Virus record (IMG/VR): IMGVR_UViG_3300007770_000001
Strand: one strand, 5' to 3'
Length of the DNA stretch: 64,000 nucleotides
DNA from: a virus
Taxonomy: Duplodnaviria; Caudoviricetes
Made by a program: the position numbers and the translations under genes. The stretch's first letter is position 1; every line of letters begins with the position of its first letter. Of the stretch, positions 9,779 to 19,351 are shown one piece after another. The notes under the pieces are model-generated. The model saw nothing but the letters and a program-made list of their open reading frames with translations, ran no database searches and had not been told where the DNA came from.

Positions 9779-11560
9779 TTGCTCCAAGAGGTCTATGCGA
9801 AGCTGAAGAAGGTTCGGGACAAGGAGGATCTCAACCTCCCACCGAACCCGTTTCTGCGTAAAGAGATCAAGAGGCCGGGTCGAGACCCGATCCAGTTCAA
9901 GCTGCGCAACTATCAGAAGCAGATGGTGGTGCACCTCCTCTGTATGAACCGCTTCGTGGTGGGGGATGATACTGGTCTCGGGAAGACGATTGAGACCATC
10001 GCTGCCCTGTGTTACGTCTGGATCAACAATCCGGATACCAAAGCGGTCATCCTAACCAAAAAGAGCTCGGTCCCTCAGTGGTACTCCGAGTTCGAGAGGT
10101 TCACCAAGGGGGTCAAGGTCATCCTCTGTGTGGGAGGTCCCAAGAAGCGGGCCAAGCTCCAAGAGGAGTGGGAGAACAGCACCGGACCTACCGTCCTCAT
10201 TCAGGGCTACTCCTCGGCGTGTAACGACTTCGCGAGGATGCACAAATGGGAGGACTACACTCTCATTTGTGACGAGGCAACGGTGTTCAAGACCCCAACC
10301 ACGCGGGTCCACCGAGTCTGCAAACACCTAAGTGCTCAGGCTCTCCGTTGCTGGGGTCTCACCGCAACCCTCATCAAGAACAACCTGATGGAAGGGTACG
10401 GCATCTATCGGGTGGTGGTCCCTACCCTGTTCAAGATGACCGCTAACACATTCATGAATCGGTTTTGCATCGTACAGATGAACCGAGTCGCGAGGAACCG
10501 CAGAGTTCCCCAGATTGTAGGGTACAGACCCGAACAGCTTGAGGACTTCCGAGACTCCATCGATCCGTTCTATCTGGGCCGACCGAAGCACGCTGTCGCT
10601 GATGACCTCCCTGTGTTGGAGTCCCGAGACGTCACGGTAGGCCTCACCAAGTTCCAGCACACCAAGTACCAGGAATCCTTGGGTGGGCTCCTTGAGTACG
10701 GAGACGGAGGTGAGCGGGAGGTCAGCCATCTCACCGCCCTCATCTACTGCCAGGAGATCGTAAACCATCCGGGCCTCATCAGCTTCCCAGACTACCCTTC
10801 CGAGAAGCTGGATGCCCTGGTAGATCTCCTGTCTGGAGGATCGGAGCTTGAGGGCGAGAAGGTCATCGTGTTCACCCGGTTCTCTACCATGGTGGGGATC
10901 GCCCGCGCCGCTCTGGAGAAGAAGGGCATCAAGTGCACCCAGGTGACAGGCGCTGAGGGAGAGAAGCAGCGCAAGGACGCGATGGACGCGTTCCAGAATC
11001 CCAAGGACCCGACCAAGGTCATCTTCATCACGATGGCGGGTGGGGATGCGATCAACCTCCAGACCGCCAAGGCCCTGATCTTCTACGACACCCCTTGGTC
11101 TGCAGGGGACTACATCCAGATCCTTGGTCGGATGATCCGCATCGGAAGTCTGCACGACCGGGTCTTCGCGATCCACCTCATCGCGCGGAACACCATTGAC
11201 GAGCATGTCCAGAAGGTGATGCACAAGAAGAAGGAGCTCATCGAGAAGGTCCTTGGCGAGCGTCTGCGGGGAGAGAAGGGCGGAGACGTCATGTATGCTG
11301 CGGGTTCCGAGACCAAGAACCTGTTCGACGCGATGGTTGCCGACGCCCAGAGCAAGACAGGGACATCCAGATTCACTCCTCAGAAGACCACCCGGAGACC
11401 GAAGTACCCCAAGAAGGGAACCACGGCTCCCGCAGTCCCCAAGAAGAAATCTCCTCCCAAGAAGGCGCGACGCCCTTCCCCCAAGGATATCCGTGTCCCT
11501 GGACCCGATTCGGATATGTCCGAAGATTTCAAGCCCCGCACGGTAGGCTTCAAGATATGA
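9779..11560 (+). CDS. SNF2-family (SF2) helicase/ATPase
   Basis: LRNYQ, DDTGLGKT (motif I), CDEAT (II), GLTAT (III), KVIVFTRF, GGDAINLQ-x-A and Q-x-LGR-x-x-RIG; basic Pro/Lys tail. Confidence 0.92.
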   Translation: MLQEVYAKLKKVRDKEDLNLPPNPFLRKEIKRPGRDPIQFKLRNYQKQMVVHLLCMNRFVVGDDTGLGKTIETIAALCYVWINNPDTKAVILTKKSSVPQWYSEFERFTKGVKVILCVGGPKKRAKLQEEWENSTGPTVLIQGYSSACNDFARMHKWEDYTLICDEATVFKTPTTRVHRVCKHLSAQALRCWGLTATLIKNNLMEGYGIYRVVVPTLFKMTANTFMNRFCIVQMNRVARNRRVPQIVGYRPEQLEDFRDSIDPFYLGRPKHAVADDLPVLESRDVTVGLTKFQHTKYQESLGGLLEYGDGGEREVSHLTALIYCQEIVNHPGLISFPDYPSEKLDALVDLLSGGSELEGEKVIVFTRFSTMVGIARAALEKKGIKCTQVTGAEGEKQRKDAMDAFQNPKDPTKVIFITMAGGDAINLQTAKALIFYDTPWSAGDYIQILGRMIRIGSLHDRVFAIHLIARNTIDEHVQKVMHKKKELIEKVLGERLRGEKGGDVMYAAGSETKNLFDAMVADAQSKTGTSRFTPQKTTRRPKYPKKGTTAPAVPKKKSPPKKARRPSPKDIRVPGPDSDMSEDFKPRTVGFKI

Positions 11561-11567
11561 GGCACCC

Positions 11568-11981
11568 ATGACCCTACGCAAAATAGAAGACCTGGAAGAG
11601 TACCGGAAGCAACGGGGGGCGGGCACGCTTCCTCCGGCAGAGGATTCCTGGAAGACACCCCAGACACAGCCCCTGAAGGACGCACTTCCCTCCGTGGAGC
11701 CCCTCACGGATCTGGACATCCTTCATCTGTGGACTCTGATCGCGGAAGCTCACGACTCGGTCTCCGTGCCTGAGCCCCAGACAGGTGTTCTGGCCCTGGA
11801 GAAGATCACCAAGGAGTCTGCTCGCCTGATGCAAGAAGCGCCGGAGGCCCTGGCTCGGGCTCTCACGGATCTGGACGAGCTTCGGATTCGCTACGACGCT
11901 CTCTTGGCCTATGTCCGATACAAGGCCCCCAGAGACGCCAGGGCAATGCATGTTCTAAAGGCTGTCACCCAGGGTGAGTGA
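11568..11981 (+). CDS. Hypothetical protein
   Basis: 137 aa ORF in the operon with GAGG RBS. Confidence 0.6.
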   Translation: MTLRKIEDLEEYRKQRGAGTLPPAEDSWKTPQTQPLKDALPSVEPLTDLDILHLWTLIAEAHDSVSVPEPQTGVLALEKITKESARLMQEAPEALARALTDLDELRIRYDALLAYVRYKAPRDARAMHVLKAVTQGE

Positions 11982-12742
11982 TGGCCATCGTCCAGGTAGT
12001 CTCAGACCTCCATCTTGAGTTCCACAGGCCCGCCAGTCAGAAGCGCCTGATCGAGGAGATACACGAGCCTGGCGTGGACGTCCTCGTCATCGCGGGAGAC
12101 CTGTGCACTCTGGATAGGCTGGCATGGGCTCTTGGCCACTTCTGCAGACTGTATCCTCATGTGGTCTATGTCCTGGGGAACCACGAGTTCTACGGGTCCT
12201 CGGTGGGGGGAGTCCTTCAGGAGATGGCTTGGATCACCCAGCAGCTTCCCAACCTCCACTGGCTGGACAACTCCATCGTGAAGGTAGCTGGGGTCCGGTT
12301 CATAGGAGGCACCCTGTGGTTCACCAAACCCAAGAACGCCCTCCGCTCCGAGTGGGTCCTTCGGATGAACGACCACCGGATGATCAAGGGGTTGGAACCT
12401 TGGGCTCACGAGCAGAACCAGGCCTGTGTTGAGCTCCTACAGCAGGTTCTGCCCACCGATGTGGTGGTGACCCATTACATGCCTTCCGAGGTATGTGTGT
12501 CCCCGTGGTACAAGGGCTCCCCCCTCAATCACTTCTTCGTCCATGACCTGACTCCTTTGATAGAGGAGCGAGGCCCCGCTCTGTGGGCCTACGGACACAC
12601 CCATGACCGAGCAACCCACGTGGTGGGGAAGACCCTCTTGGTAGGGAATCCTCTCGGATATCCTGGGGAGAGGGAGCATGAAGCTCGAGGCCGGTTCTCG
12701 TCCAGTCTGACGATAGAGGTCCCTGCCCCCTCCAAACCGTAA
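11978..12742 (+). CDS. Calcineurin-like metallophosphoesterase
   Basis: SDLH, IAGDL, LGNHE, VTH and GHTH motifs. Confidence 0.92.
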   Translation: MMAIVQVVSDLHLEFHRPASQKRLIEEIHEPGVDVLVIAGDLCTLDRLAWALGHFCRLYPHVVYVLGNHEFYGSSVGGVLQEMAWITQQLPNLHWLDNSIVKVAGVRFIGGTLWFTKPKNALRSEWVLRMNDHRMIKGLEPWAHEQNQACVELLQQVLPTDVVVTHYMPSEVCVSPWYKGSPLNHFFVHDLTPLIEERGPALWAYGHTHDRATHVVGKTLLVGNPLGYPGEREHEARGRFSSSLTIEVPAPSKP

Positions 12743-12762
12743 CACACTCACAGGAGGGGAAC

Positions 12763-13488
12763 TTGGCATCTGCGAATCCTGACTGCCCAGAGTGCTTTGG
12801 CACGGGAAACGTAGAGGGAGAATACAACCCTCCCCACCCCCCGAAGTTCGAGAGATGCGAGTGTGTCCAGCAGGCGGACATCCTGCAGAACGTAGAGAAG
12901 GCCCTGAAGGGTCTCTCCATGCAGCCTGTTGTGAAGCAGTCCCCCCTGGCAGGCGCACATCAGGAGAACCTCTGGATTACTGCGGGATCTGAGTTCCTGC
13001 CTCATCTGAGGCACGTAGCCATCCGGAGGCCCCCTCATTGGTTCCTACAGGTCTCCACAGACGCTGATCTCATCACCGCGTGGTTGGCCACTATTTCTCT
13101 CCAGGGCGGGGAGATCCATGACGCGGATGCGATCAAGACATCAACCCGATTCCTCACCGTCGTGGATCTCGCGGAGCCCCCAGACCTGCTGGTCCTGCGG
13201 ATGGGAGTCAAGGTAGCTCGGAACGCTGCTGCCCCCGAAGTCCTGGCAGAGGTCCTGAACCACCGACTCCACATCGGGAAGCCAACTTGGGTGTGGGACC
13301 AACCAACCCACCCCCTTGACACAGGCCATCTATGCTGGTCCTCGGCGGTCGGGCAGTCCCTGTCCAGCTATCGCCGGGTCAAAGACCTATCCAATCCCGC
13401 TGCCAAGAAGAGGGCGCGTACCCCTGGTCGCAAAACGGGCCGTCGCGCACCCTCCCGCACCACCCTTCGAAGGGGGGGACCTGAGTGA
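12763..13488 (+). CDS. DnaC/IstB-like helicase-loader-like protein with N-terminal zinc finger and degenerate P-loop
   Basis: CPECFG...CEC N-terminus; EPPDLLVLRMG at the Walker-B position; VLNHRLHIGKPTWV like the DnaC RxxxxKPTII segment; sits directly upstream of DnaB. No GxxGxGKT. Confidence 0.6.
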   Translation: MASANPDCPECFGTGNVEGEYNPPHPPKFERCECVQQADILQNVEKALKGLSMQPVVKQSPLAGAHQENLWITAGSEFLPHLRHVAIRRPPHWFLQVSTDADLITAWLATISLQGGEIHDADAIKTSTRFLTVVDLAEPPDLLVLRMGVKVARNAAAPEVLAEVLNHRLHIGKPTWVWDQPTHPLDTGHLCWSSAVGQSLSSYRRVKDLSNPAAKKRARTPGRKTGRRAPSRTTLRRGGPE

Positions 13489-14969
13489 AGGTTCTTCTGC
13501 GCTCTACGTTCAGAAACAGCCCCTCCGACGACAAGGACTCCTTCCTCCGAAACGCCCAAGCATTGCGGGCCTCTGGGGTCGAGTTTCCTGTGGAGGAGGA
13601 CGAGGCGGTTTGGTCCTGGATTCAGGATTTCGTCTCCCAGTACCGGCATGTCCCTGACGCCTCTACAGTGCGTCAGCACTTCACCATCGCAGGCCAGCTC
13701 ACCGTCGTCGACCGGTTCGAGACGGTGGCCGCAGCCGACCCAAAGATCCAGGGAGACTTTCTCCAGCTTCTGGAACGCGTCGCGGAAGATCGACGTCTCC
13801 GGTTGACATCGGAGATCCTCAAGGACGCCAGCCAGATTGCGGTTCGCGGTCTATCCATCAAGGAACCAGGCCAACGCAAGGAAGTACACCTCAGAGGGCC
13901 TGTACAGGCCCTACAGTATGTCGTGGACCGCGCTGGGGATGTCACTACCCCCCTATCGGGGGTCCCTCTCTCGGGGAACGCTACGACGGATGGGGACTCC
14001 TTCAAGGAGGAGTACGAGCGGGTGGAAGAAGACCCTATCGCGGGCTTGGGGCAGTTCTCAGGCATCGAGCAGATGGATGTTGTCCTCAAGGGGGCCAAGC
14101 GACAGCAGATGTGGCTCCACGCAGCCTTCACTGGAGGCCTGAAGTCCACTCTCGCTGTCAACTGGATCTACAACCAAGCGATCTACTACAGGCACTCCTC
14201 AGTGTTCATCTCTCTGGAGATGCCATACGCGCAGGTGCGGCGGATGATCTACGCCATCCATACCTGCCATCCCAAGTTCCGGGATACCCGTCGCAAGCTG
14301 GGAATCAAGAAGAGTCTCGACTACACCAAGATGCGGGACGCAGAACTCTCCGCGGAAGAGAAGACGTTCCTCTTTGACTACGTGGTTCCGGATCTCATGG
14401 ATACCGAGAACCTGTATGGATCCATGTACATCGAGGTGGCGGACGCGCTCAAGGCAGACTTCAACGTCAATGATCTCCGCTCGAAGGCAGAGCTCCGGTT
14501 CAGCCAGGACCCCTCGGTTCGCATGGTAGTCGTGGACCACGCCGGCCTGATGTCCTCCCGGAACCGGCACAACTCCACCACGGAGCGGCTCAACGAGGTT
14601 CTCCGGGACATCAAGAAGCTCTCCATGTCCTTCAACCAGGGCTTGGGGATCGCTATGTTGGTGTTGTTCCAGATCTCCCGGGAAGGGTTCAAGTCCGCAG
14701 AGAAGAACGGAGGCCGCTACAACCTGACGCACCTCAGCTATGCGAACGAGGCCGAGCGCTCCTCGGATATCGTGACCGCTTCTTGGGTCGATGATCAGCT
14801 CGAGGAATCAAACCTGGTGAAGATCCAGCACCTCAAGGCTCGAGAGGACGCGAAGTTCAAAGAGTTCTATGCCGGGGTACTCTGGCCTGCCCGCCGCATC
14901 TTCACGACCAACGATGTTGTCCCCGAGATGGCCAAGAAGACGGGCGACAAGATCGACCTGGGGTTGTGA
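13485..14969 (+). CDS. dnaB: DnaB-like replicative helicase
   Basis: AFTGGLKST (variant Walker A), ISLEMP, VVVDHAGLM, LFQISR and EAERSSDIV match DnaB motifs H1-H4. Confidence 0.85.
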   Translation: MKVLLRSTFRNSPSDDKDSFLRNAQALRASGVEFPVEEDEAVWSWIQDFVSQYRHVPDASTVRQHFTIAGQLTVVDRFETVAAADPKIQGDFLQLLERVAEDRRLRLTSEILKDASQIAVRGLSIKEPGQRKEVHLRGPVQALQYVVDRAGDVTTPLSGVPLSGNATTDGDSFKEEYERVEEDPIAGLGQFSGIEQMDVVLKGAKRQQMWLHAAFTGGLKSTLAVNWIYNQAIYYRHSSVFISLEMPYAQVRRMIYAIHTCHPKFRDTRRKLGIKKSLDYTKMRDAELSAEEKTFLFDYVVPDLMDTENLYGSMYIEVADALKADFNVNDLRSKAELRFSQDPSVRMVVVDHAGLMSSRNRHNSTTERLNEVLRDIKKLSMSFNQGLGIAMLVLFQISREGFKSAEKNGGRYNLTHLSYANEAERSSDIVTASWVDDQLEESNLVKIQHLKAREDAKFKEFYAGVLWPARRIFTTNDVVPEMAKKTGDKIDLGL

Positions 14970-15475
14970 TGACTGCCGTAGCTGCCATCGAAGACGCGAT
15001 CCGGCGCAGTTGGAATGAGCGCTTCGTCAGGGGAACCCCTGCGGAGTCCTTGGCCGAACGCCATCTGAACGAGGTCCTCCAGGACTTCATCCTCACCGAA
15101 CCGGTCCTCTCACGCCTCCAGCCTTTCCCGGTCCGGATCCGGGTCCGGATCGTACGGGGTGGGGACATCATGTGGGGGTTCGTCGCCCAGGGAGACCCCA
15201 AGGGGCTGTCCTTGTTCCAGCTGAACCACCCGGAGGACTTCGAGTCCAACTTCCCTGCGAACAAATGGATTTCGCGGTACTCACCCACCCGCGCGTCAGA
15301 GCAGGAACTGGTCTCCATCATCGCACAGATTCTCTCCTATTCCTCCCTTCGGGAGGAATATGGCCAGGATACCTTGGGGGTCCTGATGGCCCTCGGTGCC
15401 CACCGACAGGTGGAGAACCCGGACGAGAAGATCGCGACCCTCGCCAACCGTATCGACAAGGTGCCCCTCAGATGA
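14966..15475 (+). CDS. Hypothetical protein
   Basis: Coupled by overlap to both neighbours. Confidence 0.6.
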   Translation: MMTAVAAIEDAIRRSWNERFVRGTPAESLAERHLNEVLQDFILTEPVLSRLQPFPVRIRVRIVRGGDIMWGFVAQGDPKGLSLFQLNHPEDFESNFPANKWISRYSPTRASEQELVSIIAQILSYSSLREEYGQDTLGVLMALGAHRQVENPDEKIATLANRIDKVPLR

Positions 15476-16062
15476 ACAGAGCAGGACGTGCCGCCGAGAA
15501 CATCCGAGAGCACGTCCCTATCTCCCGTCTGTTGGCCGACTACGGCTACATGGTGGATCCCCGAGGGGATGACCGGGAGCAGCAGTTCTCCTGCGATCTA
15601 CATGGGGACGGACAGGACAGCAAGCCCTCCGCTCGCCTGTACCCGGGGAGCGGTCAGTTCTACTGCTTCGCCTGCGGGATATCTCGGGACCACGTTGCCC
15701 TGGTCCGCGAGAAGGAGGGTGTCTCCTTCTGGGAAGCCGTCAAGATACTGGAGCGTCGCTACGACGTCCCTGCGCTTCCCTGGGAGCCTGACGAGCAGGA
15801 GCGTCCCCCTACCCCCGAGGAGGAGGTTGCGACGCTCCTACAGTCTTCTGAGACGGCCGAGGATGCCCTCCGGAGAACCGAGCGCCTCCTTCGCACTACC
15901 ACCCGAGAACGAGAGCTCCCTGTGAAGACTTGCATGGGTCTGTGGGGAGTCTATGACCGGGTAGTGGCCGCCCATCAAGAGGGTGTGGAAGAAGCCCAGA
16001 TCGTTCAAATGGCACACAGCATACTGGAGAAGACCAAGAAGTCTCTCCGTGGAGAAGCATGA
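15472..16062 (+). CDS. Stand-alone CHC2 (DnaG-type) zinc-finger protein
   Basis: ATG at 15472 overlaps the previous TGA. FSCDLH...D-x-KPS...YCFACG...FWEAVKIL is the DnaG zinc-binding domain; no TOPRIM domain follows. Confidence 0.85.
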   Translation: MNRAGRAAENIREHVPISRLLADYGYMVDPRGDDREQQFSCDLHGDGQDSKPSARLYPGSGQFYCFACGISRDHVALVREKEGVSFWEAVKILERRYDVPALPWEPDEQERPPTPEEEVATLLQSSETAEDALRRTERLLRTTTRERELPVKTCMGLWGVYDRVVAAHQEGVEEAQIVQMAHSILEKTKKSLRGEA

Positions 16063-19022
16063 TCCAGTCCAGTCTCTTCGACCAAATGGCAGATCTCGCG
16101 AAGCCCCGGCTCACCAAGAAGCCCTGGATGGAGACGGTAGAGCTCATCTTGGGGGTGCCTGATCTCATCCCCCAGGTGATTCAGGAGTGTATCGAATCCG
16201 GCATCTACGGGCTGGATTTGGAGACCTCCGGCCTGGACCAACGTGCGTTTCCCAACGATACGGGGGAGCTCGAGACGGTCGACAAGATCGTCGGCGTATG
16301 CATCGCTCCGACGACCTCCAAGGGCTACTACTTCCCGGTTCGACACAAGGACCAGGGAGCGGAAGCCAACGTGCCGGTCCGTCTCATCAAGGAGATGATC
16401 GAGAAGATCCAGGAGGGGAAGGCGGTCGCGGTGTTCCACAACGCCAAGTTCGACCAGAAGTTCCTCAAGTACGATCCCTGTGGGGCCATTGGGGAGTGGG
16501 ACGAGCCGGATACCTGGCACGACACCTGGATCCTTGCCTACCTCCGCAACTCTCGCCAGCGCCAGAAGGGTCTGAAGTTCCTGGCGGGGTCCGAACTCGA
16601 CCGAGAGATGTTCGAGCTCCATGAGCTCTTCCTCAAGGAGCGGGGGAAGAAAATCGACAAGGACTTCTCCAAGTTGGACCCCCTGTGGGAACCGGTCCTC
16701 TGGTACGCGGCTCCTGACGCCATCAACACCCTGGCCCTGTTCGAGATCCTCTATCCGGCGATCTCGGAGGAGGACCAGTTCGGCAACGCCCAGAACGTCA
16801 TCTACACGATCGAGAAGATCTGCTCTACGGCCACAATGTGGATGGAGCAGTGCCGGATCTTCATCGACCGGAAGAAGCTCGAAGAGCTCATCCGCCTGGG
16901 GCAGCAGGAGTGGTGGGAGTGCGTCAACAAGGTCTACGATGAGGTTTCTGCCGCTCTTGGGCGGGACGCCCGCCCCGCTTGGCTGGGAGAGATGGGGCGC
17001 ATCTTCAACAAGGATGTGATCTCCCCCAACTACGGGGAGGTCCGAGCGATGGCTCTGACCCGTGTAGCAGAGCCGGCCAGGCCTTCCATCACCAAGTCCG
17101 TCCCTGGTCTGGTGAACAAGAAGCAGCGGGAAACGGTTCACTTCCCCCACACCTACGACATCACGATCCCCGCCTCTCTGGGGCTCCTGCTCCGTGAGAT
17201 GAACGTCCCTGGCCTGGTCCCCACGGAGAAGTCCGGACAGGTCAAGACGTCGAAGGACGTGCTGGACAAGGTCATTGAGGACCAGGGCGAGACGCTGCCT
17301 TGGATGAAGTCGGTTCGCCGCTTCCGGCAGATCACCAAGTCCCTGGGCACCACCCTGCTCAACATCTACAAGGACTCCTCCCCGGAGCGGGCCCCTGACG
17401 GGTGTGTCTGGGCCAACTTCAATGGTCTGAAGACGGATACGGGTCGGTTCTCCACCCCCACGCCACGGGACAAGAAGAACTTCCACGGCCAGGTCAACTG
17501 GAACGTCCAATCAACGACGGCCACCTACGACAAGAGCCTGCCTGCCTGTTCCTACCGACAACGCGAGGTGGTGGCGGCCAAGCCCAGCTACATCTTCTTC
17601 GCGATCGACTACTCGGGCGTAGAGCTCCGGATCGTCACCAACCTCTCCGGCGAGCCCAAGTGGGTGGCGGAGTTCTTCCGGTGCGCTCCGTGTGGTCTGG
17701 AGTTCGATCGGGGAACAGAACCTCCACCGTTCTGCCCCGAATGTGGGTCCAACAAGATCGGGGACCTACACACGCTCACCGCTATCGGGATCTACGGGTC
17801 AAGCGATAAGCTCAAGAGACAGACCGGCAAGATCGTCAACTTCCTCCTCTGCTATGGGGGCTCAGGAATCGCTGTCCAGAGGTCCACTGGGTGCAACGAG
17901 GAGGAGGGCTGGCGCATCAAGAACCAGTTCGACAAGACCTACCGGGGCCTGCAGGCTTGGTGGCGCGCCCAGGAGCGTCTGGCGAAGAAGCAGAAGTACG
18001 TCACCACGGCGTTCGGCCGGAAGTATCCGGTTCCCGACATCGACCACGAGTACAACAAGTTCCGGTCCAAGGCCAAGCGGAACGCGGTCAACGGGCCTGT
18101 ACAGGGAACCTCCGCTGACATCATGAAGCTGGCGATGGGCCTCCTGTATCGGGAGTTCAAGCGCCGGGGATGGATCAACCGGGGGCCGGACCTTGAGGAC
18201 CTGGTTCGGATGGTCCTCACCATTCACGACGAACTCGGGTTCGAGATCCATGAGTCCATCGTAGACGAGGCCATCCAGGTCATCTGCGATATCATGTGTC
18301 GCAAGACGGTCGGCCAGCTGGGGTGGTTGATTCCCCTCAAGGTCGACGTTGAGTTTGGCGCCAACTGGACCGTCCCCAACAACCTCACCGAGATGTCCTA
18401 CAACAAGGGTGGTGGTGACTGGACCCCCTATCTGGCCAAGGTCTTCCCGACCTACTATGCCAACTACCTGGAGCACGGGGGGACCCCCGTAGCGGAGAAG
18501 GAGGAGCCGCCCCCCTCGGACGACAACGGAGGAGGTGCTCCCAGTGAGGGCCCTCCGGGTCCCGATCACCCCGATGCCTGCACCACCTGCAGCGGGCATG
18601 GCTACACTCCGTTCGAGGACTCCTGTTCCAAGTGCGAGGGTTCGGGTTTCCGCGCAGACGGTAACTCCAACCCTCCGGATGGATCATCGGGAGGCAGTTC
18701 AGAGATTCCCTCCCCGGTTCCCCCGCCTTCTTCCACTGTTGGACAGGATGGCTTGGGTTCTGTGGCTTCTCCGCGAGGCCACTCTCGGGAACCGGGGAAG
18801 GTTTCTCGGGTCGGAGATGGGCGAGAGTTCGTCTACAAGATCCAATCTCATCTGCTGACTCCCGACAACGCCGAGAAGTTGGCCCGTGTGGTCCAACGGT
18901 GTCAGGGTCGAGGCACGGATTCTGTTCGGATCCAGAGCACTGGGGGTACTGATCTCTTGGGCCATCCCGTCCGCGTCGCTCTGGATGAGTTCAAGATCAT
19001 TGCCCAGTACGAGGGTCTGTAA
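16059..19022 (+). CDS. polA: Family A DNA polymerase with 3'-5' exonuclease
   Basis: Exo: GLDLETSG, FHNAKFD, YAAPDA. Pol: TDTGRFS, IDYSGVELRI (A), RQTGKIVNF-x-x-x-YG (B), N-x-PVQGTSADI-x-K, IHDEL (C). Confidence 0.95.
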   Translation: MIQSSLFDQMADLAKPRLTKKPWMETVELILGVPDLIPQVIQECIESGIYGLDLETSGLDQRAFPNDTGELETVDKIVGVCIAPTTSKGYYFPVRHKDQGAEANVPVRLIKEMIEKIQEGKAVAVFHNAKFDQKFLKYDPCGAIGEWDEPDTWHDTWILAYLRNSRQRQKGLKFLAGSELDREMFELHELFLKERGKKIDKDFSKLDPLWEPVLWYAAPDAINTLALFEILYPAISEEDQFGNAQNVIYTIEKICSTATMWMEQCRIFIDRKKLEELIRLGQQEWWECVNKVYDEVSAALGRDARPAWLGEMGRIFNKDVISPNYGEVRAMALTRVAEPARPSITKSVPGLVNKKQRETVHFPHTYDITIPASLGLLLREMNVPGLVPTEKSGQVKTSKDVLDKVIEDQGETLPWMKSVRRFRQITKSLGTTLLNIYKDSSPERAPDGCVWANFNGLKTDTGRFSTPTPRDKKNFHGQVNWNVQSTTATYDKSLPACSYRQREVVAAKPSYIFFAIDYSGVELRIVTNLSGEPKWVAEFFRCAPCGLEFDRGTEPPPFCPECGSNKIGDLHTLTAIGIYGSSDKLKRQTGKIVNFLLCYGGSGIAVQRSTGCNEEEGWRIKNQFDKTYRGLQAWWRAQERLAKKQKYVTTAFGRKYPVPDIDHEYNKFRSKAKRNAVNGPVQGTSADIMKLAMGLLYREFKRRGWINRGPDLEDLVRMVLTIHDELGFEIHESIVDEAIQVICDIMCRKTVGQLGWLIPLKVDVEFGANWTVPNNLTEMSYNKGGGDWTPYLAKVFPTYYANYLEHGGTPVAEKEEPPPSDDNGGGAPSEGPPGPDHPDACTTCSGHGYTPFEDSCSKCEGSGFRADGNSNPPDGSSGGSSEIPSPVPPPSSTVGQDGLGSVASPRGHSREPGKVSRVGDGREFVYKIQSHLLTPDNAEKLARVVQRCQGRGTDSVRIQSTGGTDLLGHPVRVALDEFKIIAQYEGL

Positions 19023-19327
19023 TGAGAGACCGAGTCAAATCGCTCACCGACGAGAACGAGGACACCTATACGTGTGAGAACGAGCAGTTCTGGCCCCCTC
19101 CCGAGGCGTTCATCTATGAGAACGCCCAGGCCGTTCGAGCCGAGTGGGGGGATACTGTCTATGAGCGGTTCCGGGTCTGGGAGAGGGTCTGTGGTCTGAA
19201 GAGCATGAGCCATGACAAGTGCCTCGAGTGCCCTCACGTTCTCAAGAATGGGCAGAACAAGCGCAGACGGAAATCTGCCCTGCCCTCAGCTCAGGCTGTA
19301 GGTCCTGCGCGGAATCGGAAGAGGTAG
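19022..19327 (+). CDS. Hypothetical Cys-containing protein
   Basis: 101 aa ORF overlapping the polA stop. Confidence 0.55.
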   Translation: MRDRVKSLTDENEDTYTCENEQFWPPPEAFIYENAQAVRAEWGDTVYERFRVWERVCGLKSMSHDKCLECPHVLKNGQNKRRRKSALPSAQAVGPARNRKR

Positions 19328-19351
19328 AGAGCCTATCCCGGCACTCCCTCC

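Noticed and set aside
16005-17510. 501 aa minus-strand ORF; similar long antisense ORFs at 10328, 24123, 25469, 28148, 52393 and 55839
   Set aside because: These are shadows of well-supported plus-strand genes in GC3-rich DNA. They have no motifs or RBS and show antisense-type composition.
17671-17760. Intein in the polymerase
   Set aside because: The insertion is only about 30 aa, with Cys pairs and no C-terminal His-Asn splice motif; a zinc ribbon fits better.
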